Of a stretch of 64,000 nt of DNA, positions 8,912-18,569 are shown piece after piece. The stretch's first letter is position 1. The number at the start of each line of letters is the position of its first letter. The stretch spans positions 21,107 through 85,106 of the forward strand of contig JBAYHR010000001.1 in the NCBI GenBank assembly GCA_041666045.1. The letters run 5' to 3'. The notes under the pieces are model-generated. The model was not told the origin of the DNA and ran no database searches. It saw only the letters and a list, made by a program, of their open reading frames with translations. A program made the translations under genes and the position numbers. This stretch comes from Minisyncoccota bacterium (GTDB taxonomy: Bacteria > Patescibacteriota > Minisyncoccia > Phycocordibacterales > UBA9973).

Positions 8912-9661
8912 TTATTCGTGTTTTAATGGTGTTTCTTTATATTTTTCATCTTTTTTGTAAGCTTTCCTGAATAATATAACTCCTAAGAAAACTAAGACTA
9001 AAAGCATAAGCCATTGAATGAAACTTTTTGGCATAAATCCATTGTCACCGAATATTGCATTAGCTGCGAGATTACTATTGTTCTTTTCTCTGTCGTTAAA
9101 GGTTATAGAATTTGAAGTACCTCCACCTGGAGCAGGGTTAAATACGGTTATGGTAATTGGCTTACCACTGGATAAATCTTCTTTTGTTAAATCCATTGTA
9201 AGGATAGTAGACTTAAAACGATTAACTCCATTTATCTTTTCGTAGACATAATTAGTAGTTCTATTTTCACCATTTACTCTGCCTATTGATCCAACTATGA
9301 ACTTTGATCCAGTGACAGTGATAGTTATTACTTCAGTATTTGCGGGTGCTTTGGAAGGGGATATTTGAGAAATAGTAGGTACAGGATTAAGGTATGTTTG
9401 AGTATTTGTGTTTGTATTGTTTGTATTATTGTTTGTATTATTGTTTGTATTATTGTTTGTATTATTATTGTTCGTATTGTTTGTATTATTATTGTTTGTA
9501 TTTGGAGAAATATGATTATAATCATTTGGATCAAAAGTACTTCCTGAATTAACTGTAACAGTACAATTAGTACAAGCAAAAGCTGGTAATGCAAAAGAAA
9601 ACCCAAAAATAAAGACTAAAATTGCGGGAAGGGATATTAAGTTTTTATTTATTTTATTCAT
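8912..9661 (-). CDS. surface-anchored secreted protein with Asn/Thr-rich tandem repeat and C-terminal TM anchor
   Basis: Real start is the MNKINKNL methionine at 9661. The track ORF extends to 9775 only by running through tRNA-Leu. Signal peptide present. NNTNNN repeat is encoded by a 12-nt tandem DNA repeat. C-terminal hydrophobic anchor followed by KKDEKYKE. Confidence 0.5.
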   Translation of the reverse strand: MNKINKNLISLPAILVFIFGFSFALPAFACTNCTVTVNSGSTFDPNDYNHISPNTNNNNTNNTNNNNTNNNTNNNTNNNTNNTNTNTQTYLNPVPTISQISPSKAPANTEVITITVTGSKFIVGSIGRVNGENRTTNYVYEKINGVNRFKSTILTMDLTKEDLSSGKPITITVFNPAPGGGTSNSITFNDREKNNSNLAANAIFGDNGFMPKSFIQWLMLLVLVFLGVILFRKAYKKDEKYKETPLKHE

Positions 9662-9667
9662 ACTGGT

Positions 9668-9696
9668 ATGATAGCATGTTTGAAAATAAATGTCAA
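9668..9696 (-). promoter_or_regulatory. strong promoter TTGACA-N17-TGCTATCAT, leaderless or near-leaderless
   Basis: Minus-strand sequence ACACTTGACATTTATTTTCAAACATGCTATCATACCAGTA followed directly by ATG. Member of a three-copy module; see 17498-17526 and 18296-18325. Confidence 0.55.
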
Positions 9697-9699
9697 GTG

Positions 9700-9781
9700 T
9701 GCTGGAGGAGGGACTCGAACCCTCAAGCCTTGCGGCACTAGTTCCTAAGACTAGCGCGTATACCAATTCCGCCACTCCAGC
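9700..9781 (-). tRNA. tRNA-Leu (anticodon TAG)
   Basis: Manual cloverleaf: acceptor GCTGGAG/CTCCAGC, anticodon stem CTAGT/ACTAG, loop CTTAGGA, long variable arm, T-loop TTCGAGT. Confidence 0.85.
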
Positions 9782-9832
9782 ATATTAAAATATTTAAGTT
9801 AAAAAATTTAAATAATAAAATTTTTTAACTTG

Positions 9833-9906
9833 TGCGCCCTGAAGGGATCGAACCTTCGACCTTATCCTTAAGAGGGATCTGCTCTACCAGCTGAGCTAAG
9901 GGCGCA
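9833..9906 (-). tRNA. tRNA-Lys (anticodon CTT)
   Basis: Acceptor GCGCCCT/AGGGCGC, D-arm GCTC-AGCTGGTA-GAGC, anticodon loop CTCTTAA, T-loop TTCGATC. Confidence 0.85.
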
Positions 9907-9924
9907 TAATATTATTTAATTTTG

Positions 9925-10006
9925 TGCCCGGAGTGGGAATCGAACCCACATCCCTTGCGAGACACGATTTTAAGTCGTGCGCGTATACCAGTTCCGCCAT
10001 CCGGGC
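9925..10006 (-). tRNA. tRNA-Leu (anticodon TAA)
   Basis: Acceptor GCCCGGA/TCCGGGC, anticodon stem CACGA/TCGTG, loop CTTAAAA, long variable arm, T-loop TTCGATT. Confidence 0.85.
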
Positions 10007-10047
10007 ATTGCAGAAGATTTATGTATTATAACAAAAAATCTTCTTTG

Positions 10048-10119
10048 AGGCCTGGGCCGGAATTGAACCGGCGTATATTCCTTTTGCAGAGGAATGCCTT
10101 ACCACTTGGCTACCAGGCC
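10048..10119 (-). tRNA. tRNA-Cys (anticodon GCA)
   Basis: Acceptor GGCCTGG/CCAGGCC with discriminator U, anticodon stem TTCCT/AGGAA, loop CTGCAAA, T-loop TTCAATT. Confidence 0.8.
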
Positions 10120-10159
10120 GATATTTATCTAACTAAAACCACTTCATCTATTAATTCAA

Positions 10160-10225
10160 GGTCTGCGCAGAGGAATGACATATTATAACTTCGCTACGCT
10201 CATGCCACTTGGCTACCAGGCCGTG
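10160..10225 (-). pseudogene. truncated duplicate of the tRNA-Cys 5' half (tRNA-like remnant)
   Basis: 19 nt identical to the tRNA-Cys 5' end (GGCCTGGTAGCCAAGTGG), plus the anticodon-stem fragment TTCCTCTGC. The T-arm and acceptor 3' strand are missing. Confidence 0.35.
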
Positions 10226-10233
10226 TTTTTATA

Positions 10234-10557
10234 TTACTTTTCTCTAAGCAATTCGTCAATTTTTTGTCTGTTCTTTTCTCCTTTGTCTATTTCTATATCA
10301 ATAAATGGAATTATTTTTATTTCCATATTCTTTTTAAGAAATTCTCTTAATTCTTTTCTTTTGCGTTTTGCAAAATCTAGCGCAGTGTGTTCTTTTGAGT
10401 CGGGAAGTACTGTTATAAAAATTGTCGCGCGTTTTAAATCTGGTGATGTTGAACAAGAGGTGACTGTGATTAAAGAAGTTCTATTGTTTTCTCGTCCTAA
10501 AAATTGAGCTGAAAGCTCTTTTACCAAATTTCCTATTTTTTCATTTCTTTGCGTCAT
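10234..10557 (-). CDS. rbfA: ribosome-binding factor A
   Basis: 107 aa. Motif LITVTSCSTSPDLKRATIFITVL matches the RbfA KH-like core. Conserved position downstream of infB. Confidence 0.8.
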   Translation of the reverse strand: MTQRNEKIGNLVKELSAQFLGRENNRTSLITVTSCSTSPDLKRATIFITVLPDSKEHTALDFAKRKRKELREFLKKNMEIKIIPFIDIEIDKGEKNRQKIDELLREK

Positions 10558-10560
10558 TTT

Positions 10561-12060
10561 TTATTTTTGTGTAATTGAAAAAGATTCAAGAACATCTCCA
10601 GCTACAATTTCTATTTTTGATTCAACCATAGCACCAAATTCAGATCCTTCTTCAACTGTGCTTGTTTTTGCTTTACTTTTTTCCAAATTTACTATTTTAC
10701 CTTTTCCTATTTCAAATTCTCTTCGCATTATTTTAACAGTTTCACCAAATGATATATTTCCTTCAATAACTTTTCCTCCAACTATTTGCCTGTCTTTTGT
10801 TCTACTGAAAGCTTTTATTATTTTTGCTCTTCCTTTTATTTCTGTAGTTTCAATTCTTGGTCTTCTTTTTTCCATTTCTTCAGCTAGCCATTCAGTCATT
10901 TTATAAATAATATCAAAGAAGGAAATCGTTATACCTCTTTTTTGTGCCAGTTCTGTCACACTGTTGTCAGATTTAACATTGAATCCAATAACAATAGCAT
11001 CTTCACATGAAGCAACGGATTTTATGTCTGATTCTGAAACAGGGCCTACTCCTTTTTGGACAATTCTAAATTCAGCATTTTCATCTTTTATTTTATTGAT
11101 TTCTTTTTCAATTGCTTCTATGGATCCCCAAACATCAGCTTTTAATACTATTGGAATTATTTTTTTATTTGTTTCTTTTGAAATTTCTTCACATAATGTT
11201 TCCTTTTTTATATTTTCAGCGTATTCTAAAGCTTCATTCTTTTTTGCAAAGGATTTAAATTCTGCTCCTATTTTAGGCATTTTATCAAAACCCACAAGAC
11301 GAATAGGGGAAGAGAAACTCGCTTCATTTATCATTTTTCCTAAAAAATTTTCAATTATTCTTGTAGAACAAATGGCATCTTCTACCGCGATGGTCATTCC
11401 TTTTTTGATTGATCCATTTTTTATTAAAAGTGTTGCCTGGATTCCACGTTTTGGATCTAAATTTGTTTCTATAACAAGACCTGAAGCATTTTCGTTTATG
11501 TTTCCAGTGAAATTTTCCATTTCAGCTAGAATTAAAATTAATGACAATAAACTATCCACACCAGTTCCATTTTTTGCAGAAATTTCTGTGAAAGGTATTT
11601 TGCCTCCATAATTTTCTAAATAAATTTCATTCTCAGCCAATTCTTGTTTTGTTTTCTCAACATTTGCTCCTGGTTTATCTATTTTATTAATTGCAACAAC
11701 ATATGGAATATTACTTTCTATTATTGTTTTATATGCTTCAATTGTTTGAGGTTTTACTCCATCTTCAGCAGAAACAACTAAGATGGCAATATCTGCAATT
11801 TTAGCTCCGCGTTCTCTCATTTTTGAAAAAGCTTCATGTCCTGGAGTATCTAGAAAAGTTATTTTTTTATCTTTTCCATTTTCATCTTTATGTACAACTT
11901 CATAGGCTGAAATATGTTGAGTGATACCTCCGGCTTCACGATCCACAATATTTGTCTTTCTTATGTAATCAAGAAGAGTTGATTTTCCATGGTCAATATG
12001 ACCCATTACTACTACAACAGGGGGACGCTCAATATTTGTTTGTTCATTTTTTTTATCCAT
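10561..12060 (-). CDS. infB: translation initiation factor IF-2 (short form)
   Basis: G-domain [29 protein letters not shown]. 499 aa, lacking the long N-terminal extension. Confidence 0.9.
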   Translation of the reverse strand: MDKKNEQTNIERPPVVVVMGHIDHGKSTLLDYIRKTNIVDREAGGITQHISAYEVVHKDENGKDKKITFLDTPGHEAFSKMRERGAKIADIAILVVSAEDGVKPQTIEAYKTIIESNIPYVVAINKIDKPGANVEKTKQELAENEIYLENYGGKIPFTEISAKNGTGVDSLLSLILILAEMENFTGNINENASGLVIETNLDPKRGIQATLLIKNGSIKKGMTIAVEDAICSTRIIENFLGKMINEASFSSPIRLVGFDKMPKIGAEFKSFAKKNEALEYAENIKKETLCEEISKETNKKIIPIVLKADVWGSIEAIEKEINKIKDENAEFRIVQKGVGPVSESDIKSVASCEDAIVIGFNVKSDNSVTELAQKRGITISFFDIIYKMTEWLAEEMEKRRPRIETTEIKGRAKIIKAFSRTKDRQIVGGKVIEGNISFGETVKIMRREFEIGKGKIVNLEKSKAKTSTVEEGSEFGAMVESKIEIVAGDVLESFSITQK

Positions 12061-12065
12061 TTTTA

Positions 12066-12524
12066 TTATTTTACCGTTGCTTTTTTGATTGCTTCTTTTT
12101 CTTCGTTTGTTAATTCATAGTTTGATTTTCCATTTTTAATAGGTTTTGCGAATATGCTCATTCTTTCTCGAGAGTATAAGCTTGAGATTACAACACCATC
12201 TTCCTCTTCATTTAACATTCCAATTGCAAAACTTTGATTACTGCCTTGGTCAGGGAATGGGTTGAAACGAATTGTTTCAAGTCCTCTAATACTCTTTTTT
12301 AATTTTTGATTTATTGTAGTTATCTCTTTTTCTGCTTTTTCTTTTGCTTGTTTTAATTTGGCAATGTCATTTTCTAATACAATGATAGTATCTTCTAAAT
12401 CTTTAGCTTTTTTACCAATAAAAAATCTTTTTAAACGCTTTTCTGTTTTTATAACCCAAATAACGCCAATTAGAATGGTTATTCCATACAAAATAAAAAA
12501 AGCGATTTCGAGCTTTGTATTCAT
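12066..12524 (-). CDS. DUF4446-like membrane protein
   Basis: N-terminal TM, coiled-coil, then RFNPFPDQGSNQSFAIGMLNEEEDGVVISSLYSRERMSIFAKP, which resembles the DUF4446 family. Confidence 0.4.
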   Translation of the reverse strand: MNTKLEIAFFILYGITILIGVIWVIKTEKRLKRFFIGKKAKDLEDTIIVLENDIAKLKQAKEKAEKEITTINQKLKKSIRGLETIRFNPFPDQGSNQSFAIGMLNEEEDGVVISSLYSRERMSIFAKPIKNGKSNYELTNEEKEAIKKATVK

Positions 12525-12548
12525 ACAATTTCAATATATACTATTTTT

Positions 12549-13703
12549 ATGAAGAAATCAAAGAAAATTTATTTAGATTATGCTTCAAGCGCTTCAGTAG
12601 ATTCTGCAAATCCGGGTGCAATACATGAATTGGGAATAAAAGAAAAAAGTAAATTAGAAAATGCTAGAAAAAATGTAGCAGATGTTTTAGGCGCGCATTC
12701 TGATGAAATAGTTTTTACATCAGGGGCTACTGAAAGTAATAATTTAGCTTTAATGGGAGTAATAGAAAAAATATCTCAAACATTTTTTCCTCATATTATT
12801 ATAACAAACATAGAACATGCTTCAGTGCTTGAAGTTTGTAAACATTTAGAAAAAACAAAACAAGCTGAAGTGACTTATGTGCCAGTTGAAGAAAATGGAA
12901 TAGTTGATCCTAAGAAAATTAAGAAAGCTATAAAAAAAAATACTATTTTAGTTTCTGTAATGTATGCTAATAATGAAATTGGAACAATACAACCAATAGG
13001 AGAAATTGCAAAAGAAATTAGATATTTTAGAAAACATAAAACGTCAATCTTTCCTTTGTTTCATACAGATGCTACACAGGCTATAAACTATTTGCTAATA
13101 AAAGTTGAGAAGCTTGGAATTGATTTAATGTCTTTTAATGGAGCAAAAATTTATGGGTCAAAAGGTGTTGGAGTTTTGTATGTAAAAAGAAAAACACCAA
13201 TTAGTTCTATTATGTTTGGAGGAAATCAAGAGTTTGGATTAAGACCGGGGACAGAAAATGTGGCTGGAGTTGTTGCATTAAAAGATGCTTTACAAGTTGT
13301 AGAAAAAATAAAAGAAAAAGAAGTAAAGCGTCTTACAAAACTTAGAGATTATTTTTTAGATCAATTAAACTATTCTAAAATTCTAACGAATTATAGAATA
13401 GTTTTGAATGGCGATTTAAAAAATAGATTACCTAATAATATAAATATCACAATTCCTAAAATTCCCAGCGATCTTCTGGTTTTAGAACTTTCGGCTCGCG
13501 GAATTTATATTTCTGAAAAAAGCGCTTGTAAATCAGGTGATGGGAAAGCTTCAGGTGTTATAAAAGCAATTAATCCAAATGGAAATGAAAATGATGGATC
13601 TTTAAGATTTTCGTTGGGGAGACAAACAAAAAAGACAGATATTGATTATACGATTAAGTCTTTAAAAGATATTTTGAAAAAATTAAAAAAATGGTATGAT
13701 TAG
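12549..13703 (+). CDS. cysteine desulfurase (class V aminotransferase, NifS/IscS-like)
   Basis: PLP-lysine region SFNGAKIYGSKGVGVLYV. Conserved active-site loop SEKSACKSGDG. Confidence 0.8.
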   Translation: MKKSKKIYLDYASSASVDSANPGAIHELGIKEKSKLENARKNVADVLGAHSDEIVFTSGATESNNLALMGVIEKISQTFFPHIIITNIEHASVLEVCKHLEKTKQAEVTYVPVEENGIVDPKKIKKAIKKNTILVSVMYANNEIGTIQPIGEIAKEIRYFRKHKTSIFPLFHTDATQAINYLLIKVEKLGIDLMSFNGAKIYGSKGVGVLYVKRKTPISSIMFGGNQEFGLRPGTENVAGVVALKDALQVVEKIKEKEVKRLTKLRDYFLDQLNYSKILTNYRIVLNGDLKNRLPNNINITIPKIPSDLLVLELSARGIYISEKSACKSGDGKASGVIKAINPNGNENDGSLRFSLGRQTKKTDIDYTIKSLKDILKKLKKWYD

Positions 13704-13710
13704 GGTATGG

Positions 13711-13832
13711 ATCCCGTTAGAAGTCTCTCAGTTAATTGAAGTTGCGGGAAGTACCATAAAGAATATATTTCTATAGTCGTTATTAATAAATTAACTACGG
13801 AAATCTAAAGATTTCCTACTTCTAACGGGATG
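13711..13832 (+). promoter_or_regulatory. 5' leader hairpin element, variant copy (CCCGTTAGAAGT ... ACTTCTAACGGG-ATG)
   Basis: 12-bp inverted repeat separated by about 90 nt. The 3' arm ends at ATG 13830. ATGGAT flanks both arms. Confidence 0.5.
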
Positions 13833-14378
13833 GATTTAAAAGAACTAAACAAATCACAGCTTATATTATTAGCAATATTATTAAGTTTTGTAACTTCTAT
13901 TGCTACAGGGATAACAACTGTGACATTAATGCAACAAGCTCCTTCGTCAGTGACTGTGCCTATTAATCGTATTATTAGACAGACTGTTGAAAAAATTGTT
14001 CCAGTAGATACTGTATCTAATAATCAAATTTTATCGGAAGATCAAAAAAAATTACTTGAAGAATTGAAAGCAATTAAACCACTAACTGTAAGTTTATTTT
14101 TGAAAGGAGAAAAAGAAGATAAAATTCTCGGAACAGGATTATTTTTAGGTGACAATAAAGTTGTTATAGCATCTCTTATTGAACCACCAAAAGAAGGTGA
14201 GCAGTATGTAGTTAAAAGTGTTTTAGGTGAACAAAAGGTATCAAAGGTAACACAAGAAAAAGATTTTACCATTATTGAATTAATTGAAGTTGATACTGTT
14301 CCTGTTGTTGATACTACTATTTCAACTACTGACACAACGACAGACATTATAGTTCCACCAGTTGTTCCAACACCATAA
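13830..14378 (+). CDS. membrane-anchored protein with Thr/Val/Pro-rich C-terminus
   Basis: N-terminal TM LILLAILLSFVTSIATGITTV. C-terminal low-complexity TTISTTDTTTDIIVPPVVPTP. Confidence 0.4.
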   Translation: MDLKELNKSQLILLAILLSFVTSIATGITTVTLMQQAPSSVTVPINRIIRQTVEKIVPVDTVSNNQILSEDQKKLLEELKAIKPLTVSLFLKGEKEDKILGTGLFLGDNKVVIASLIEPPKEGEQYVVKSVLGEQKVSKVTQEKDFTIIELIEVDTVPVVDTTISTTDTTTDIIVPPVVPTP

Positions 14379-14413
14379 AAATAATTTTCATTCGTAATTG
14401 ATAATTTTAATTT

Positions 14414-17107
14414 ATGCCACCATTAAATAGATTTACAACTAAAGCTAAAGATGCAATTAAGAAAGCTCACGAGCTTGCTATTGAACGTGGACAGAACCAT
14501 GTTTCTTCTTCACATTTACTTGCATCACTCTTGCTTCAAGAAGAGAGTATGGTGAATTCTATTTTAGATAGATTGGAAATAGATACAATGCTCTTAACTG
14601 ATTCAGTTTTAGAATCAATTGAATTGCCAGAATCACAGAGCACTCTTTCTCCTTCATATCAGATTTATTTGAATCCTGATTTGGCGCAAGTGATAGAACA
14701 TTCTGCAAAATTAGCAGAATATTTAAAAGATGATTTTGTTTCAACAGAACATCTTTTTGTAGCAATGCTTGAAGTTACTGGTGAAGCGCGAGAGATTTTA
14801 GCGCGATTTAAAATTCATAAAGATCTTGTAATGAAAGTTTTAGAAGAACTTCGCAGTCAAAATATTACAGATGTTTCTGAACCAAAAAAATTTCGTTTAC
14901 TTTCTAAATATACTCGCAATTTAACTAAATTAGCTAAAGAAGATAAATTAGATCCAGTAATAGGACGTGATAATGAAATTATGCGTATTATGCAGATCCT
15001 TTCTCGTAGAACGAAGAATAATCCTATTTTAATAGGTGAGGCCGGTACTGGTAAAACAGCCGTTGTTGAAGGATTAGCGCAAAGAATAGCAAAAAATGAA
15101 GTTTCAGAATCTTTAAAAGAGAAAGAATTAGTATCACTAGATTTAGGTTCTCTTATAGCTGGTACTAAATATCGTGGAGAATTTGAAGAAAGATTAAAAG
15201 GTATTATGAAAGAAATTGAAAGAGCTGATGGAAAGGTGATTCTTTTTATTGATGAAATTCACACTATCGTTGGAGCAGGTGGAGCAGAAGGAACTATGGA
15301 TGCTTCAAATATGTTAAAACCAGCGCTTGCTCGTGGAGAATTACGCGCGATAGGTGCGACAACTTTAAGAGAATATCAAAAACATATTGAAAAAGACCCA
15401 GCGCTTGCTCGTCGTTTTCAACCTGTTTATATAGATGAACCATCTCCAGAAGATGCTATTGCAATTTTACGAGGACTTAAAGAAAGATATGAACTTTTCC
15501 ATGGTGTGCGTATTACAGATGATGCAATAGTTTCTGCTGTGAATCTTTCTATTCGTTATATTACAAATAGATTTTTACCAGATAAAGCTGTGGATCTAAT
15601 AGATGAGGCTTCTTCGTCTTTGAAAATTGCTCTTGAAAATAAACCTCCAGTGTTAGAAGATGCGCATAGAAAAATAATGCGTCTTGAAATTGAAAAAGAA
15701 GCATTAAAAAAAGAAAGCGAAGAAAATAAAAAAGCTAAAATACGAGTAAGAGAAATAGATAAAGAAATAGGTAATCTCCGTGAAAAAACGAAGGAACTTG
15801 AACTTAAATGGAAAAATGAGAGAGAGATAGTGCTTGAAATTCGTTCTATTAAAAAAGAACTTGAGACTATGCGTCTTGAAGCAGAAAATGCAGAAGCTCG
15901 CGCTGATCTTTCTCGCGTGGCAGAGATTCGTTATGGGAAAATTCCTACTCTTAAAAAAGAACTTGAGACGAAACTTTTACGTTTGAAAAAATTACAAAAA
16001 TCTCGAAGAATTTTAAAAGAAGAAATTACCGCAGAAGATATTGCAGAAGTTGTAGCTCGTTGGACAGGAATTCCTCTTACAAAAATGTTAGAAGGTGAGC
16101 GTGAAAAATTAGAAAGAATGGAAGATGAATTAAATAAACGTGTTGTTGGGCAAAATAATGCAATAAAAAGAGTGGCAGATGTTATTCGTCGTTCACGCGC
16201 TGGTATTTCAGATCCAAATAGACCAATAGGTTCTTTTATCTTTTTAGGGCCAACAGGTGTTGGTAAAACAGAGCTTACTAAAGCATTGAGTCAATTTATG
16301 TTCAATGATGATAGAGCTCTTATTAGAGTAGATATGTCTGAATATATGGAGAAACATTCTGTTTCAAAACTTATCGGTTCACCTCCAGGATATGTTGGTT
16401 ATGATGAATCTGGACAACTTACAGAATCTATCAGGCATCGTCCTTATGCTGTGGTTTTGTTTGATGAAGTTGAAAAAGCTCATCCAGAAGTTTTCAATAT
16501 GCTTTTACAACTTTTAGATGAAGGAAGATTGACTGATGGAAAAGGAAGAGTGGTTAATTTTAAAAATACGATAATTATTCTTACTTCAAACATTGGTTCA
16601 CAATTCGTAGAAAAAATGGAATCAATTGGTTTTTCAAATAATTCTGACAAACAAGATTATGGAAATATGAAAGAAAAAGTTTTAGAAGCGATGAAAGATA
16701 ATTTCCGCCCAGAATTCTTAAATCGTCTTGATGAAATTATTGTTTTTGATGTTCTATCAGAAGAAGCTATTAAAGAAATAGTTAATTTGAGAGTGAAGGT
16801 TGTAAAAGATAGACTTCAGACAAAAGAAATTGATTTTAAAATTTCTGATGAAGCTTTGTCGTATTTAGCAAAAGAAGGATACAATCCACACTATGGAGCA
16901 AGACCACTAAATCGTCTAATTCAAAATAAGATTTTAAACCAAGTTGCTTCTTATATAATTTCAAATGGAGTAAAAGCAGGGGATACTGTTGTTGTAACAG
17001 TGAAAAATAATGAGCTTTTAATTGAAACAAAAAAAGGCCATGTCAAAGGACAGGCAGGGAAAATAAAAAGTAATTTTGTTGCTAAAAAATTAACTAGAAA
17101 ATATTAA
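14414..17107 (+). CDS. clpB: ATP-dependent chaperone ClpB
   Basis: 897 aa. N-domain, two AAA+ modules ([15 protein letters not shown]; [14 protein letters not shown]) and a middle coiled-coil domain. Confidence 0.9.
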   Translation: MPPLNRFTTKAKDAIKKAHELAIERGQNHVSSSHLLASLLLQEESMVNSILDRLEIDTMLLTDSVLESIELPESQSTLSPSYQIYLNPDLAQVIEHSAKLAEYLKDDFVSTEHLFVAMLEVTGEAREILARFKIHKDLVMKVLEELRSQNITDVSEPKKFRLLSKYTRNLTKLAKEDKLDPVIGRDNEIMRIMQILSRRTKNNPILIGEAGTGKTAVVEGLAQRIAKNEVSESLKEKELVSLDLGSLIAGTKYRGEFEERLKGIMKEIERADGKVILFIDEIHTIVGAGGAEGTMDASNMLKPALARGELRAIGATTLREYQKHIEKDPALARRFQPVYIDEPSPEDAIAILRGLKERYELFHGVRITDDAIVSAVNLSIRYITNRFLPDKAVDLIDEASSSLKIALENKPPVLEDAHRKIMRLEIEKEALKKESEENKKAKIRVREIDKEIGNLREKTKELELKWKNEREIVLEIRSIKKELETMRLEAENAEARADLSRVAEIRYGKIPTLKKELETKLLRLKKLQKSRRILKEEITAEDIAEVVARWTGIPLTKMLEGEREKLERMEDELNKRVVGQNNAIKRVADVIRRSRAGISDPNRPIGSFIFLGPTGVGKTELTKALSQFMFNDDRALIRVDMSEYMEKHSVSKLIGSPPGYVGYDESGQLTESIRHRPYAVVLFDEVEKAHPEVFNMLLQLLDEGRLTDGKGRVVNFKNTIIILTSNIGSQFVEKMESIGFSNNSDKQDYGNMKEKVLEAMKDNFRPEFLNRLDEIIVFDVLSEEAIKEIVNLRVKVVKDRLQTKEIDFKISDEALSYLAKEGYNPHYGARPLNRLIQNKILNQVASYIISNGVKAGDTVVVTVKNNELLIETKKGHVKGQAGKIKSNFVAKKLTRKY

Positions 17108-17120
17108 TTTTATAGAAATA

Positions 17121-17150
17121 AAAAGTCATCTTTGTGAGATGACTTTTTGG
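17121..17150 (+). terminator. intrinsic terminator after clpB
   Basis: aaaagtcatctttgtgagatgactttttgg hairpin followed by a T-run. Confidence 0.6.
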
Positions 17151-17167
17151 TAAAAACTAAAGTTAAT

Positions 17168-17380
17168 TTATTCGCTAGCTATTGGATTTAAAACAATACC
17201 AGCAAGGCCACTAAAATCAATTTTTTTGATACTCTTTTTTAGTTCTATTCTGTTTTTTGCTTTAAAACATAAATAAGAACCTTTTCCTTTTTGTCCACGA
17301 GCAAGGATATTTTCATCAAAATCAATACCATACTGAAAAGCTTTTGATACTGTGGTGATTTTTAAATAAAACGTTTTCAT
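17168..17380 (-). CDS. small hypothetical protein (70 aa)
   Basis: ORF with a long conserved leader shared with the 17620-18174 gene. No recognisable domain. Confidence 0.3.
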   Translation of the reverse strand: MKTFYLKITTVSKAFQYGIDFDENILARGQKGKGSYLCFKAKNRIELKKSIKKIDFSGLAGIVLNPIASE

Positions 17381-17497
17381 ATTAATAATTTTTAAGTTAA
17401 TAAATTTATTTTAGGTCGTCTTAACTTCCTTAAAGAAACTAAGACGACCAAATAAATAATTAATTAAAAATTACAGTCAAAGAACTACCATTGCTTG

Positions 17498-17526
17498 ATG
17501 ATAGCATGTTTATATTAGTTTGTCAA
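17498..17526 (-). promoter_or_regulatory. strong promoter TTGACA-N17-TGCTATCAT (copy 2 of 3)
   Basis: Minus-strand sequence GCACAAATTGACAAACTAATATAAACATGCTATCAT, followed by the conserved TAGTTCTTTGA leader motif. Confidence 0.5.
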
Positions 17527-17582
17527 TTTGTGCAACGTCTGGGACGAAGTCGGAACCGTGATTTTAGAGAGGAAATAAAAAA

Positions 17583-17612
17583 ACCACTTGATTAATCAAG
17601 CGGTTTTTAAAA
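17583..17612. terminator. bidirectional hairpin terminator
   Basis: aaaccacttgattaatcaagcggttttt with flanking A/T runs. Follows the stop of the 17620-18174 gene. Confidence 0.5.
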
Positions 17613-17619
17613 AAGTTTT

Positions 17620-18174
17620 TTATAAATCTATAAGACTAGCAATAACACTAATCCATTTATTGTCTGGGACAAATTCCTTTTGTATTCTATATGCTTCATA
17701 TTTTATTAAAGAACGAAACATATTACTTACTACAAATAATTCAATGTTTGAATCTTTATTTTCATTACTAATAAGTTTTTTGGCAATTAACCATAAAATG
17801 CTTATAGCTTCATCAACCATAGATTCATGACCTGAAACACCTGCACAAAAAGTTCCTGAGGGTGTTTTAATTGCAAAGGCACCGGGATATTGTTCTAAAT
17901 CATTGTTTTCAAAATTTTTGGAACGTATTGCATTTTTTTGTAACGTTTGGGTTACTTTTTTGCATGCAAAATGTAGATATTTGAAATCTTTTTCTGCTGG
18001 GACTGTTCCAATTTTTTCGGTAATTAGTGTGTTTTTTTTAGGATTATAATAAGCTAGATAAAATCCTTCACACATTGGTTTAGGATTATTAGGTAAATTC
18101 TCAAGTGCTTGTTGTAAATAAACCAAAAATGAATTCATCAAGGGATGTGCCTTGGAAGAAAATTTATTGTTCAT
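17620..18174 (-). CDS. hypothetical protein (184 aa)
   Basis: ORF with a strong upstream promoter. Contains CAGVSGHES. No confident family assignment. Confidence 0.45.
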   Translation of the reverse strand: MNNKFSSKAHPLMNSFLVYLQQALENLPNNPKPMCEGFYLAYYNPKKNTLITEKIGTVPAEKDFKYLHFACKKVTQTLQKNAIRSKNFENNDLEQYPGAFAIKTPSGTFCAGVSGHESMVDEAISILWLIAKKLISNENKDSNIELFVVSNMFRSLIKYEAYRIQKEFVPDNKWISVIASLIDL

Positions 18175-18295
18175 AATTTTAAAGATTTAAGTTTAACAAT
18201 ATAATTAGATTATTTTTATTCCCAAATTTTAGAAACAAAAATAATCTAATTAATGCAAACCTAAAATTCAAATATCAAAGAACTATCACTGTTTA

Positions 18296-18325
18296 ATGAT
18301 AGCATGTTTATATTTTTTTTGTCAA
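18296..18325 (-). promoter_or_regulatory. strong promoter TTGACA-N18-TGCTATCAT (copy 3 of 3)
   Basis: Minus-strand sequence CACAATTGACAAAAAAAATATAAACATGCTATCAT, directly 3' of tRNA-Tyr. Followed by the GATAGTTCTTTGA leader motif. Confidence 0.5.
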
Positions 18326-18328
18326 TTG

Positions 18329-18411
18329 TGCGCCGGGTAGGATTTGAACCTACGTAGCCCGAAGGCGACAGATTTACAGTCTGTTGTAATTGACCACTCT
18401 ACCACCGGCGC
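18329..18411 (-). tRNA. tRNA-Tyr (anticodon GTA)
   Basis: Acceptor GCGCCGG/CCGGCGC, anticodon stem ACAGA/TCTGT, loop CTGTAAA, long variable arm, T-loop TTCAAAT. Confidence 0.8.
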
Positions 18412-18569
18412 ATAGATATAAATTACCATAAAATATATTTTTTTGCACCTTTAATTATAACAATATATTACATTTAAAAAATAAGATCAATATTTTTTGC
18501 TTACAAATTATGGTGGTGATTATGATGATGATTAAAATAAAAAAAATCGCGATTTCTCGCGATTTAATG

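Noticed and set aside
9328-9606. ORFs on both strands through the 12-nt tandem repeat (III/QTII repeats). Also considered as a CRISPR-like array.
   Set aside because: The repeats are contiguous 12-mers without spacers inside a coding region, so it is a protein-coding microsatellite and not CRISPR. The alternative-frame ORFs are artefacts of the repeat.
8912-9775. Track ORF extends 114 nt upstream of the MNKINK start and encodes MAELVYALVLGTSAARLEGSS
   Set aside because: That extension is the reverse complement of tRNA-Leu(TAG). The real start is at 9661, which follows a clear promoter.
9922-10507. Plus-strand ORFs 9922-10188 and 10175-10507
   Set aside because: They run through tRNA-Leu, tRNA-Cys and the antisense of rbfA, so they are spurious.
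10658-11611. Plus-strand ORFs 10658-10906 and 10964-11611
   Set aside because: They are antisense to infB and their hydrophobic, low-complexity translation is typical of AT-rich antisense frames.
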